Of a stretch of 64,000 nt of DNA, positions 63,730-64,000 are shown piece after piece. The notes under the pieces are model-generated. The model did no database searches. It was given only the letters and a program-made list of their open reading frames with translations, and was not told the DNA's origin. The position numbers were made by a program, and so were the translations under genes. Numbering within the stretch: the first letter of the stretch is position 1; every line of letters begins with the position of its first letter. The stretch comes from Vicugna vicugna (Eukaryota), in NCBI GenBank assembly GCA_013265495.1, contig MU057865.1, positions 806,001 to 870,000 on the forward strand, given 5' to 3'.

Positions 63730-63903
63730 ATTGTGTGTTCGGTTACTTGTTTTCTGAATGTCTGGTCCTGCTCGCATGTCCCACCAGGACAATAGAAACC
63801 ACCCCTGGTTTTTGTTGTTGCTACATCTTACCTGGCTAGTATAATGCCAGGTAAACTGTAGGATTTCAGTGATTTTTGAATAAATGAGTTAGTGAATCAA
63901 TAA
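63730..63903 (+). mobile_element. L2 3' end
   Basis: ttacttgttttctgaatgtctggtcc...cctggctagtataatgccaggtaaactgtaggatttcagtgatttttgaataaatgagttagtgaatcaat. Confidence 0.6.
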
Positions 63904-64000
63904 AGGAGCTCTTGTCCTTCATCACTGGCTGAAGCCCCTTTCTCTGTTTTCCATTCGCACTTGCTCGCTAGGTGCTGCCTTTTAAGAGAGGACTTCTTTT

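Overview
Mammalian genomic DNA, most likely camelid (two tRNA-Ala-derived SINEs of the vic-1 type). It looks like intergenic sequence or a very large intron. I could not recognise any protein-coding exon. The ORF track is mostly chance ORFs; one is a decayed LINE-1 ORF2 fragment, and a block of ORFs repeats at an offset of exactly 2506 bp. Unique sequence is interspersed with MIR, L2 and L1 fragments, several solo LTRs (MLT2-like, MER34-like, two ERV1-type with perfect 4-bp TSDs), hAT MITEs and microsatellites. There is a small CpG island at about 17.5-17.9 kb and several motif-dense, enhancer-like stretches. The most notable structures are: (1) a 2506-bp head-to-tail tandem duplication (32666-35171 / 35172-37677, about 20 substitutions, no indels seen); (2) directly next to it, an older ~145-bp inverted copy of a local L2 segment sitting inside a MER34-like LTR, with a 33-bp perfectly complementary core; (3) a short twin-primed (5'-inverted) L1 with TSDs, nested in an older L1. 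I did not find convincing evidence of a new gene system. Repeat family names come from recall of consensus sequences, not from a database search, and many repeat boundaries are approximate.
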